Made by a program: the position numbers and the translations under genes | Notes under the pieces: generated by a model | What the model saw: only the letters and a program-made list of their open reading frames with translations | Databases searched by the model: none | Told to the model about the DNA's origin: nothing | Shown: positions 1 through 11,150 of the stretch, one piece after another | Position numbering within the stretch: the first letter of the stretch is position 1 | Layout of the letters: every line of letters starts with the position of its first letter | DNA from: Orbicella franksi | Taxonomy: Eukaryota | DNA length: 64,000 nt | NCBI GenBank assembly: GCA_964199315.1 | Contig: OZ116712.1 | Span: forward strand, 7,316,001 to 7,380,000 | Direction: 5' to 3'

Positions 1-152
1 CACACCCAGGGCAGATTGTATCTCCAATATTTGTTGTCCAAGGTTGGTAAAATAGAAATTACCTAGATACGCTAGTGTCTGTTTTAGGCTTTGTGATCTG
101 GCTGCTATTGTAATAATTTGAAACATTTCATTTCAGTGTGTTTGTCATCTCA

Positions 153-305
153 GGGAGTAGAGATGTTGCAGTGATGAGAGTACCCTTTACCTTCCTTCAA
201 TGTGGGCTGGGCTTGATTGCGGATCAGAGTTGAGTTTGTTGATGGTTTGAGTGTTGTCCTCTAGGTACTCCCGTTTTCCTTCTTTCTGAAAAACTCACAT
301 TCAAT
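153..305 (+). mobile_element. Degraded tRNA-derived SINE (anthozoan-type)
   Basis: GGGAGTAGAGATGTTGCAGTGATGAGAG head, then GAGTTTGTT..GGTACTCCCGTTTTCC. Matches from memory a common coral SINE; not database-checked. Confidence 0.55.
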
Positions 306-470
306 AATTATTCAGTTCAGTTCAATCACCATAGAGGACCTACATGAAAACCAACTAAGGCTGATATGGCTTCCTGTTTATATATTGTAATAATATTATT
401 ATATTGATTTACTTACTAAATATGAGCTAGTATATTTCTGAAATTATTTTATTTATTCATGCTGTTACAG

Positions 471-515
471 ATACATGTAGTCTACCCAGTTGCAACAGGT
501 CAGGACAACATTAAG
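471..515 (+). CDS. Candidate internal coding exon of unidentified gene (IHVVYPVATGQDNIK)
   Basis: Acceptor ctgttacag| and donor AAG|gtaatt; 45 nt, open only in phase 0; lies in CpG-depleted DNA. Confidence 0.45.
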
Positions 516-841
516 GTAATTTGTTTTTTCTAGGTTTGGTAAAAGTGAGGAAATTCTGTTAAATCAGCTCAGGGAAATTCTACAGTTCTTAGCAAAGCCA
601 GGGAAATTTAAGTAAGATTCCTGTTGGTGTCATTTATAGTAACCATCTACTGATCATGCGATAAAGATAGTTTTCTGCAGAAGTTTAATCAAAGATCAAG
701 ATTTAGTGTAAAGCCACATGGGTTGGAACCATGGTTCCGGTTTCAACTACCTAGTCGACAATGTGCTTATTACATACTGTAAGGAAGAAATCACATGTTG
801 ATAAAAAATAAAATGAAGAGTCTTTCTGTTTGGAGTTTCAT

Positions 842-1112
842 TAGCCTTAAGGTTAGTGTGGGACTCTGGGTCCAGCTTTCTGGGTTTGAGCCCTGGCTGG
901 GGTTATTTTGTTTTGTTCTTGGGCAAGACACTTTACCCTCTTGGTGCCTCTCTCCACCATGGGTACCAGTGAATATAATGATGGGATACTTTGCAATGGA
1001 CTATCACCTTGTGCTGGAGGTGGGTGGGAGGGGGGGGGGTAGGGTGTAGTAATATGGAAACCAGGATAAGCTACAGCAAAATTTAATTTGTCGGTGGCCC
1101 AATGTAGAATTT
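842..1112 (+). mobile_element. Degraded tRNA-derived SINE, same family as 1862-2159
   Basis: Shares GGTTTGAGCCCTGGC, TGGGCAAGACACTTT, GTGCCTCTCTCCACCA, ATGGGTACCAGT and GAAACC(A/G)GGATAA blocks with the 1862-2159 copy. Confidence 0.7.
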
Positions 1113-1459
1113 ATGTTTCCATTAGATGTTTTTCACATATAACTGATAACTGATGGGTGGTTTCAACAACAATTATTACTGAATAAAAATACATCTAATT
1201 ACCAGTTTTTTGATGAATTTTACTTGGAAGAAAAATAGGAAACTTATTAACTAACGAACATAATTGAACTCGTGTTATCATTTACAAGTACCGGTAGTGT
1301 TAAGTTTATTTGGGACAACCTCTTTGTGTTCATACATGGCTACAAGAATGTATAAAAACTTCCAGCCCTTTTAACTGTAAGGGAGCCAGGGCTGTTATTA
1401 AGGTTTGAGTTACCTATTGCTTTGGTTTTCACACCCGGAACAAACTTGTTGTTTTGTAG

Positions 1460-1479
1460 GTGAATTATATCAAGGACAG
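1460..1479 (+). CDS. Candidate 20-nt micro-exon of unidentified gene
   Basis: Acceptor ttgttgttttgtag| and strong donor CAG|gtaagc. Reads VNYIKD-R in phase 0 or (G)ELYQGQ in phase 1. Confidence 0.5.
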
Positions 1480-1861
1480 GTAAGCTCACCCATAACGTGA
1501 AGGGCTCATCAACTATACACACCCGTAACAGGTGTTATGGGTTACAGTCCTTAATGACAGCCATGGGAGCCATACATTCTATTTGCTGATTCTAGTTTAC
1601 CTTTGTTACCCAACAACAGACAACCCAGTCACAACTCCTATCGTTGCTAACACCATAGAAGGGATTTGGTTGGCCTGCATTAAATCAAAGAAAGGCTTGA
1701 AAAATATCAACAGCTAAGCCTCAATGCCTTTTTAATCCATGTCCCACTATGACTGCAATTATTATATTTTTATTGCTAATGCAGTAGGTTTAGGCTGGGA
1801 ATTAGTGTAAGAAACACACCGTGTCTACAGCTGACATTTAGTTACTTCTTATGAGATAATA

Positions 1862-2159
1862 GCGTGGAGGTGCAGTGGCCCTATCGTTAGTGCTCTTGTC
1901 TCCGGATTGACTGGTCTGGGTTTGAGCCCTGGCCAGGGACATTGTGTTGTGCTTGTGGGCAAGACACTTTGCTCTCACAGTGCCTCTCTCCACCAAGGTC
2001 TACTTATGGGTACCAGTAAATTTAATGCTGGAGGTAACCCTGTGATGAATTAGCATCCCATCTAGGGGGGTAGAAATATTCCTAGTGGCTTCTGATGCTT
2101 CAGAAACCGGGATAAACTCCAGCCTGACGGGCCACTTGGCTCGTATGTAGACTTAACCT
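1862..2159 (+). mobile_element. Near full-length tRNA-derived SINE (intronic)
   Basis: tRNA-like head with degenerate A/B boxes (GTGCAGTGGCC; GGTTTGAGCCC), body GGGCAAGACACTTTGCTCTCACAGTGCCTCTCTCCACC, tail GGGCCACTTGGCTCGTATGTAGACTTAACC; second copy at 842-1112. Confidence 0.8.
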
Positions 2160-2306
2160 ATGATATAATGGTGCTGTATTTGTAGACAGACATATCACAG
2201 TCACCTTGCTTCCTCATGTCCAGGGTTCACTGTGGAACTGACATATGACACCTGTCGAACCAGTTTGAATCACAGTGATTTATTTCACACCTGTCCCTTA
2301 TTTCAG

Positions 2307-2487
2307 ATTAAAGGTCTATATGTGCACGGCCACAGTCATATACAAAGGACACAAGTGGAAGCTAAAAGTATGGATCAGGCCTTCTTTCTGTTATACAATG
2401 CTTTACTCGCCACGGTGTTGTGTGACAGAGAGAGGGCTAAAATTCGGTGAACATGTGGAAGTTGCTCACAGTAAACAGAAGGTATAG
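2307..2487 (+). CDS. Candidate terminal coding exon of unidentified gene
   Basis: Acceptor cccttatttcag|. Joined to the two upstream exons it gives ...DNIK/VNYIKDR/LKVYMCTATVIYKGHKWK...KQKV*. An alternative frame (IKGLYVHGH...RAKIR*, stop at 2450) is also open. Product not recognised. Confidence 0.5.
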
Positions 2488-3832
2488 TAATATAAAAGCC
2501 ACTTCAAATTTTATCAGTAATCAGCACCTTTAGTCACAGGTACTTGAAGTTCCTCAAAACATGTTACTGTAATCGAAGTCCATGCCGTGGAGAATAGTGA
2601 ATGAGAAATGTCTTATCCAGCTAGTCCGTTAATAATAATGACAGTCAGTGATCTAATAAAGACCAGAATTGGTCTTACTTGAAAAAAGCGATATATGGAA
2701 TAGGTAGGGAGAACTTAAAGGTAGCGCGAAACTACTGTGCTATAATCCCTTTTATTATAAACTGTCAAAAGGCTCATTTTGTTAATCAATTGAAATAATA
2801 GTATTCTCAAGTGGGAGGCGTGAATACTCAGGTGGGCAGCTCACCTGTACACTGTCCTTTAGACACCCATTGAGAGGAGGACAGATTACTTAGCATGTTT
2901 TTGTTAGAAACGTGATTATAAATGCCTGAATACCAGGCGTAGATTACTGGGTCTGTAAATATCCTTACACCACTGTAGTTTCTAAAGTCAACTTCGCAAT
3001 TACTTTATGAGTAGCCTGGTTCACAGACAGAAGTACAAGTCAGGCTGCATCACAGGCCACGTTTTTGTGTTTCTTTCTGGTTTACATGACTGCGTTATTT
3101 TTAGCCATTAGAAACGGATTACAACTTCATTTTTTTTATTTTGTTAATCCTGTGGTTAACATTTTTCTGTTTATTTGTTTTCGCTACAAATCAGTTGTCT
3201 ATGGCTGACTGGGTCTTTACCTTCTTGTAATGGTAATTCAAATCAGTATAATCAGGCTACCATAAATGATTTCTCTGACGAACAAACATTTCTTCATACC
3301 GTCACGTTCGTTTGTATTAACCCGCTAACCCTTTCTATTTTTAGTCAAAAATTATTATTGCAGATGTATTGATTTCTTAATTTCGTTTAAGTTTTGTTTT
3401 TAGCCTGAGTTTTTAGCGTTGTCATACACCTTATTCAGCCCAATGGGGCCGAACTATCCGTTTGTGGCTGCTTATACTCAGGTTACGTCTTCGAAAAAAT
3501 TACAATTACGCTGTCCACTTTGTTACATTAATGTTCAATGAAAGTAAAACAATTCAGTTATGTCAATTACAAACTGAAAAAGCTAAAACAGCGATCTGAT
3601 TGCACTAAAACAAAACAAAACTGAAAACTTAACTAACAATTTGACTAAGGTAAGAGAATTATCCATCTTGCTTGGTTGGTATTCTCTTTTCGAAAGCCGG
3701 TTAACGCTCACCCAGGGTTAATTAAAAAGTTAACCAAAAAAAGTTTTTGATTACTTATGTTTTATGTAGTTTTAAAATTACTCTACAATTTAGCTCAAAA
3801 GTGAAGGACAAACAACTAACTAAATAAATATC

Positions 3833-3962
3833 TTAATTGATCACTTCCTCAATGAGGCTTTTCAGGGCCAATGGAAACAAACGATGAAACATATAATGCA
3901 AATGAACATAACATGGTTTAAAATACCAACTGGCAACTGACAGGAAGCAGACCAGTTAGCTA
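3833..3962 (-). mobile_element. Fragment of a second SINE-like family (3' part)
   Basis: TTAATTGATCACTTCCTCAATGAGGCTTTTCAGGGCCAATG...CCAACTGGC..AGGAAGCAGACCAGTTAGCTA resembles a recalled coral SINE in reverse orientation. Confidence 0.45.
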
Positions 3963-4888
3963 AAACATCTTCAGCCTTTCAACTCTCCAAGACCTTGAAT
4001 TCGTTATATGGTCAGTGCAGTAACTCTAACAGAGCCCACATGCTTTTCCTTGTGGTTTCAAAAGCTAGATGCAACTTTGTGCACTTTAATGTGTGCTTTT
4101 ACTAGACATCCCACGTCCATTGAAATCAGCTTAGGATGTGTTACCTTTACTCAGCTGCTTTCTACTACCTCTGAGGTAATAACAGGGCTGATCCAGAAAT
4201 AGTTTAATCCTTCCTTTTACCATATGATGATATGCAGTGAGGTCAAAGTACCTTTTTTCTGCTGGTGACAACTTAACCTTACTTTCTCCGTGTTTTGTCT
4301 CTGAAATGAGTCATTGTTTTGGCCACATCAAGCCAACGCATGTTATGTCTTCTTATAATTCTTCTTATATTCAGTATTTCTGTGTGAAAATGGTGTGTCA
4401 GTTGTTATTCAAACCATGTCGACGACTTTTAGACCTCCCCTTATGTTATACCTATTAGTGAAAAATAGAAATTGCTGCGCGAACTTTCAGTGAAAAAGCG
4501 CGAAACTTTTACTGGACTCGCAGCTTCTGTTTCTATGGTAGTTACAAGTTTTTGTTCCTTTTCAGCATTGCTTACAATGCTTAAAAATAACATCAAACAA
4601 CTGTATTGATCAGCCTGGCGTGTATACTAATCAGTAAGAACTGTTTTTGCAGGTTTGCTTATTGTGTTTTTTTAAAACTTCTTACACTGGGATAATTCCC
4701 AACCGGTTCAAAGAATACCGGAACTTATGTCTGTTTATTTAGATCCAGCAGCAAAGGCGCGCGCAAAAACCCCCGTAAAATTTAATCCAACAACAGTGGC
4801 TTTTTTGGGGAGAACGGTGTGTAAGAAATTAAACAGCTGAAACCATTAGAAAATGAAGATGGCAACCAAAGATAGGATGGAAAGTGTA

Positions 4889-4971
4889 CTAGCCTGTGTA
4901 CATTCGCCCCCTTCCCCCCAAAAACGGGTAGAGATTTTTTTGACGGGAGGGGGCGGCTGTACACAGGCTAG
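4889..4971. mobile_element. 83-bp MITE-like element with 14-bp perfect terminal inverted repeats
   Basis: CTAGCCTGTGTACA (4889-4902) ... TGTACACAGGCTAG (4958-4971); inner CGCCCCC/GGGGGCG extends the arms. Confidence 0.75.
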
Positions 4972-5376
4972 AAAAGTGATACTTTTATAACTGGCATGGA
5001 TTTTAGTGACTAGAAAAAAAAAACATTCCTAAACTACAGGAAATCTAACAATTACGGCTTCATTTTGGAAAGCTGCACTCGACAATTGACACGTTCAGTT
5101 AGGATCAAAGTGAAGCTGGCTAACGATGGACTAAATGGAAATTAAAAGAAATCCGTAAAGCTGTAGACTTGACGCTCACGTTTTCAAGGATTTACTCAGA
5201 TAAACTTCCCTTTGAAAAATAAACGATAAAAGATTCAAGTGGCCCTGAATTGTCGTTCACTTTGTGTTTCGTTAATGTTCTCTTCTGAAAATATTCCTCG
5301 AATGCTGACTTGCCTGGTTATAGGACTTCTGCTTATATCCCTCCCCAGTTATAAACCCATCAGTCTCCTAGAAAAA

Positions 5377-5748
5377 TGTTATTATTGGCTTCCGTCAGTC
5401 GAGGGACAGTGAAATGTGCGCCATGGTTTCAGTCTCTATTGGGGCTGCCGCACCTTCTTTCGTGATACAATCCTATCCTGGAAAGGCAGACCCTGTTGCA
5501 TTTCCCTGGAAACAAAGTCCGTCCCTGGCTCTGCGGGTCCTGGTGTGGCCGGCCCTCTGACCCCCTGCGCTCTCCTCCCCCCCCCCCCCCCACCCCCACC
5601 ACCCCCTCCACTGCTCCTTTCTCTTCCTCTCGCTCCACAGCATGCTTGCCTTGATGGTTCATCTCCAGCTGCTGTGATCTGCAGCAACGGCCTCCCAGCC
5701 TGTCAGGTTGATTTCACAAGCCTCGAGGCCACGCTTGCAAACCCCTTT
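5377..5748 (-). mobile_element. 5'-truncated RTE-clade LINE, 3' end (decayed)
   Basis: Minus strand reads KGVCKRGLEACEINLTGWEAVAADHSSWR*TIKASM..ERKRKEQW. After a G-rich insertion and a frameshift it continues KCNRVCLSRIGLY-HERRC (RTE C-terminal CCHC-like motif). The short 3' UTR ends CGACTGACGGAAGCCAATAATAACA. Possible 7-bp TSD AAAATGT at 5373 and 5757. Confidence 0.8.
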
Positions 5749-7459
5749 TGTTTGGGAAAATGTGCATGTTAAAATCCACCGTTCCTTACATACAGCTGTC
5801 AAAACCGCGATGTCCAACCGAAACGGCACGATGCAAGTCTTTTCCTCGTAGGAAACAATTTTTTTTATTCACGATACTTAGGTTGTTTTGGCCTCTTAGT
5901 AATCTTTTGTTAAAAATGGCACAGCTAGTATCTTACCTTCGCGCGAACTGCCGAATACAGGAAACTCAGTTTTGGCACCAAATTTTAAACTTGAACAGTT
6001 TTTTTTTTAATTGGTAACAATCTTTTATAGTTTGGGGCATTTTAAATTCCACTTCCCGAATTTTCAGTGCTATCCAGCGAAAAAACTGGCCCGAATTAAA
6101 TGCCCGTGAACATATCTGACAGGACTGCATAGTTATTCCCTCGTTCCTGAATGCTGATAATCAGTGCTGATTGATTAATACAAGTTTTAGCGGCATCGGT
6201 CATATGCAAGGCCTGTGTTAGGCCCCTCTCTCCCCTGTCGGCATTTTTCCTTATCTCACTGACGTCCTTACAGAACATTCTACTGAAAATGGATAGAATG
6301 TCGAATAATTTTGTAAGTTCTTTCAACTGATCCGCCACCAGAGTCTTAACTCTTAAGTCGTTTTTTGTAATCTAATTTACCAACGGCTATTTATACCGCT
6401 TAAAAACCACCCCGTTCGAGTTTGTGACTCGTAGACAAACCCGGAGCACTGTTTTTTGACAACAAGTTTATCACAATAGAAGTGTGCTCTCCTTGTATAA
6501 TCCTCCCCTCTCCGGTCCCTCCCCTGTTAAATCCAAATGTACAACCGAAAAAGCGGAACTAGTTTCGTCACCGGGTAACGACTCTATCGTTGATTTCTCC
6601 TCAGACCCGGAGAATAACGCTAAGGTGGAATGTGATGCCGGAGGACACATGGATTACTGTCGTAGTCCATTTTAACATCAAATGGCTATTTAGCAATTGA
6701 ATTAATCGCATCGCTTAAGCAGTCGGTCGTCTTGCTCGAATAATCAACCCCGCTCTTGAAGTGAATAATAAAACATCCATATCCAACGCGCGGTCTTGGA
6801 ATAATTGTTAATTATCGCCTTGGGCTATTGACCTAGGAAATATATCTCTGACGCGGAATTTTGCAGATTCCTGTGGGAAGGAAAAAAAAATCGTTTTCAC
6901 TCGTGACCTCAGCTATTGATGCTCTGGCTTGGGAACTTTGAAACCATGCATGAAACAATAAATTATACAACAAATAGCTTTTGTTCAATGATACGTTTCT
7001 ATTTCCGTCGGCTTTGTCGAAGAGCCCAGGAATCGGTTTGCAGTTGTTTCTTATAGAACGTTTTCATTGGTCCGTTTGAATTAGAAGGGATAAATCATAA
7101 AAAATCTTTATAAGTGATATCTTTTCTTGAGGTGCAAGCAGTTTTTAGCAAAGCGTGATTCTACAGCTTCGTAGAAAGTGTAATTAAAGTGTAATTACGG
7201 GTGCATTAAGATAATGAATAATAACTCTTCTGTACTTATTCTTTTGTCTTCTTACTAACAGGAAATATGACAAATTTTTACAGGCGTAATCTCTGTTGTA
7301 TTTCTGTTTTATTTTTTCTGTTTCATTTGCGCAATCAAGGCAACGTTTTACAAATGGTGACGCAGTAAAGCTATTGCAGTTATTCAGCTAATTTCAGTCA
7401 TAAAGTCCAACTTCTCCCTTACTTGCCTTTGACTCAGTCATCTTCCTTTGCTGTTCGGA

Positions 7460-8050
7460 GGTTTTGCGGGACTTTAGCTCTAGAGCCTTTCGGATGAACA
7501 TAATGAAAAGCCTTTCAAGCTAACAAGGTTAAAGCACAACGGTCGAGCAATCCAAGTGAAAGTTGTTTATGAGTACATTCGTGTTCTCTTACCTATTAAG
7601 GCGCTGCCGGCCACATGTTTAAAATTGTCTGAACGTTTGAGCCGCGGGCAAAAACCTACTTTAAACCACTTTACTGAAAGTTGACATATGGTAAATGTCT
7701 CTATACTCCTCATTATGCTCTTCAAGGGGGCGGATTGTAACGTGAAAGCTGGTGGATGAATTAGACTCGGTGACCGTTCACATGAAATGTTTTGAGCGAT
7801 ACTTAAACCTACATCAGCATACTGTCTCTGCTGGAACAGAGTTTGTTGATGACCCGATCAGTATTTTTTGACACACAATTACAACAACCTTGCGGGTAAA
7901 ACACCAAATGGTAGATTTTTGATTCAGCATGGGTCATTCAAACGTGTTCTCAATTTTGTCATGCTAATAGATGCTGTGATTCAAATTTCAGGTCTTAGTA
8001 CTTTTAGTACTTTTTCTATAATTTATCAACTGTCTTGTTTATTGATTTGG
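7460..8050 (+). repeat. Decayed array of the ~78-bp CATTCAAATGAAAGC / CTGTTTATTATGCTG repeat family
   Basis: Degenerate unit blocks, e.g. GGTGACCGTTCACATGAAATGTTTTGAGCGATACTT at ~7769 and CTCATTATGCTCTTCAAGG at ~7708. Boundaries approximate. Confidence 0.5.
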
Positions 8051-9342
8051 ACTTGTGAATTTTCAGTTTCTTGAGTCTGCCTTTAAACTACGTTACCCGA
8101 ATTCTAGGGGTGTGACCGCCTTGCATGTTGCTCGAGTTGTCTAATGAACTTAACTTGGAACATTTGAACACTTCTGTGTGGAATATTCTAGCGCCATCGC
8201 GTGATTCGTGGTCATTATCATCGTGCACACCATCCCTTTTCTGACCACTGATTACACCCTAAATGGTCTTGTCGATTTCACGGCCATTAAAACTGTCTAT
8301 TTCTGGAACCATAATTACTCCCATCCTGGTCTTTAACCCATTCTCTCACGTGTAACTAATGACCAGCGATCAGCAAGTCACGAAATGGATATAGCAACGT
8401 TATGTAAACACCGACAGCCTACATTGCTTGTTTGCCATTTTATTGTCACTAAAGAAGGGTCTAGGTTACCGAGACGAATTTAGGGGAGGTATTTCCTTCC
8501 CACAATGTTGATCAACTGTTCAAATGGGCCCGTATTAAACTGCCTTGCGTAGACATCCATAAGTGAATGACACAGATGATTGGCGCTGCACGCGATGATA
8601 AACTGTTTTGGCTTCAACTTACTTCGGGCTATTCTTTTGCTCTCTCAGCAAATGTTTTGTTCTGTTCACACTTCAGTGTCCTTTGAAGTGTTTTCGTCTA
8701 TTCCGGATGCTCTATTCCCACTGTTACCTTAGTACCACTACTCAACTAACGTAAAAGCACTTCTGTTCGCTCACGAAATGTTTTTTCTCGCGCGTCATGC
8801 GTTATGACTTGTAAATGGACTTTTGGCAGTTCCGTTTAGTTTCTTTGCATTTAAAAAGAAAACACTTTAGAGCTTTCTCTTTGCACACCTTTAAGCTGTC
8901 CGATAGACAGGTCTGCTCTCTTGAAAACTCGTATTACCCGATTTCAGGTGAGATTAGTACAAAGTAGAGGGCATAATATGTTCACATCCTGCAACGCCTT
9001 CATTTAATTACTTTCCTAGTGAACTCTTTCCGGTGACTATAATAACCAGTTACATAAGACAAGTTTTGAGCTGCGCGTTACAAAAACACTGATTTTCCTT
9101 GTCCTACAACCCAAGTCAATAATCATCATTTGCAAGGAGTGTTAATTATTTTGTTTTGACTCCCACTTCCCACCCTATTATGCAGCATGTTTAACCTATG
9201 ACTTTATCTGTTAATTGGCATTGCTCGATCATTCACATGACTTGTATTACCCCTCTACCTATAATCTCCATGTATATGAACATAGTGGACTGTTTCTGTA
9301 GAGAATACCTCTTAGTATACTTCGTAATGAACATAATATTGA

Positions 9343-9873
9343 TTGATTCCACGGGTGTATTCGATACTAAGCGATTTTTAGTGGTAACAGACTTCGAAGT
9401 TCTATGTTTAGGCGTGCAATCGCTTAAGATTGACGTCTTCTATCCTAGAGAAGTTTTCATTTAGCTTCCTTTTGCTTGATTCCATGGGCGTATTCGATAC
9501 TAAGCTATCTTTAGTGGCAACAGACTTCAAAGCTCTATGTTTAGGTGTGCAATTGCTTAAGATTGACGTCTTCTATCCTACAGAAGTTTTAATTTAGCTT
9601 CCTTTTGCTTGATTCCATGGGTGTATTCGATACTAAGCGATCTTTAGTGGTAATAGACTGCAAAGTTCTATGTTTAGGCGTGCAATCGCTAAAGATTTTC
9701 GTCTTCTATCCTACAGAAGTTTCAGTTTAGCTTCCTTTTGCTTAATTCCTTGGTATATTCAATACTAAGCGATCTTTAGTGGCAATAGAATTCAAAGCTC
9801 TATGTTTAGGCGTGCAATCTCTTACGATTGACGTCTTCTGTCTTACAGAAGTTTCAATTTAGCTTCCTTTTGC
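9343..9873. repeat. Tandem array, 4 x 133 bp
   Basis: Units start at 9343, 9476, 9609 and 9742 (TT(G/A)ATTCC ... TAGCTTCCTTTTGC); high inter-unit identity; no unique spacers. Confidence 0.97.
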
Positions 9874-10544
9874 CCAAATCAGTGGGTTTACTAGTTATGT
9901 CCAAGTAATGTAGTTATACTCAAATTGCCTTCATTTGTAATATCACCAGTTTATTTAACTCGGTGTTAAAACTCAGAGTGCTTTTCCCATTTGGATACTT
10001 GTTCACGTTGCTCCTCAAAGTGATAGAAATCTAAGAACAGTCTTATTATTAGGAAGTATTTAAGTACAATTCAGCAGTGATACATGTCCTATATGGTCTT
10101 TTTGATGCATATTAAAAGCTTATATAGCTTGAAACGTTTTACATCTATATCATCTTATACACTTTTATAAGAAACAAGACACCGAAGCAGAATCAATGTT
10201 TTAGCGATCACAAGATCACACTGATATCTTTGCTCAATCTTAAACACTGTTTTTAAAAGACTTTTAAATAGTTCTGCTGGTAATGGCCGGATTGCAACTA
10301 ATGTTTGTTTCCCAGTGAAACGATTCTTATTCACATAAGCCGTAAAAATAAAATCTTAATTTAGAAACGTATCACAGCGAAATTGTAATATTCTTAATAC
10401 TCTTAATTAATGCTAGTTTGCTTGAACACCGAAATTTATCGTATTCACCCGGCCTTTCCTTCCTATTGTCGGAACTTAAATCATCTAACGTGCTCCTAAC
10501 TTTTAATTGTCTATTAAATTCTCTGACTTACGACCAGTAAGCAT

Positions 10545-11150
10545 ACAGAGAACATCTGAGCAGTATTTACTGTTTATTATACTGTATGTGTGACCCTTTT
10601 AAAGGAAACTATGGATCGGTATATTAATGTGGTGTTGTTTATTATGATGTTCGGGGTAAACTGTCTGCAGATGAAACCATAGTCCTTAGTCACTCATATG
10701 AATGGTATCAAGGAAGAGTTTCCGGCACATTGTGTTTAATGTGATGCGTCGCAGGGTGGTTCGACTTTTACACAGGGATTTACACATGACTTTACCATTA
10801 TGTTATTGCTATGTTATGTTATTATTATATCAATGCTCGATGCTAAAAATCCTCAAAAGGCTTCCCTACTATGATCCATCATGCTCATAAAAAGCTAGCA
10901 TTTATCCTTAACGCTTATGATATTGAAGAATGAGAGTCTCCTAGATGTAATCCTCTACTGGTCCCAACCGTCAACCAGTTTTTGTGACTATTATTCCGGC
11001 ATAATGCTCAATTCTTTTGCCTTACTATTATACTCAAAATAATGTGGGCGTAATGTGTGAAACCCTATACTTCTAAATCTGAACTCCTAAGGTGTAACCA
11101 TTCATATGAAAGCTAAAAGCAGTGCGTTCTTACATTTCAAAAACAAAATG
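10545..11150 (+). repeat. Decayed array of the ~78-bp repeat family
   Basis: GAGCAGTATTTACTGTTTATTATACTGT, GTGGTGTTGTTTATTATG, GTCTGCAGATGAAACC and GTGTAACCATTCATATGAAAGCT blocks. Confidence 0.6.

Noticed and set aside
5416-5772. 118-aa polyproline (formin-like) ORF and the Gly-rich minus-strand ORFs
   Set aside because: Explained by the C/G tract inside the decayed RTE fragment; the RTE-like motifs switch frame across the tract.
6000-6850. Possible decayed LINE reverse-transcriptase (ILSIFSRMF, GPVFSL-like words on the minus strand)
   Set aside because: Only short, out-of-register motif resemblances and no YADD region; not supportable without a homology search.
8100-8450. Possible LINE endonuclease remnant on the minus strand
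   Set aside because: Motif order is inconsistent and heavily interrupted; the adjacent 7.5-8.0 kb is better explained by the ~78-bp repeat.
9343-9873. CRISPR-like array
   Set aside because: Whole 133-bp units repeat with no unique spacers, there are no cas genes, and the context is eukaryotic.
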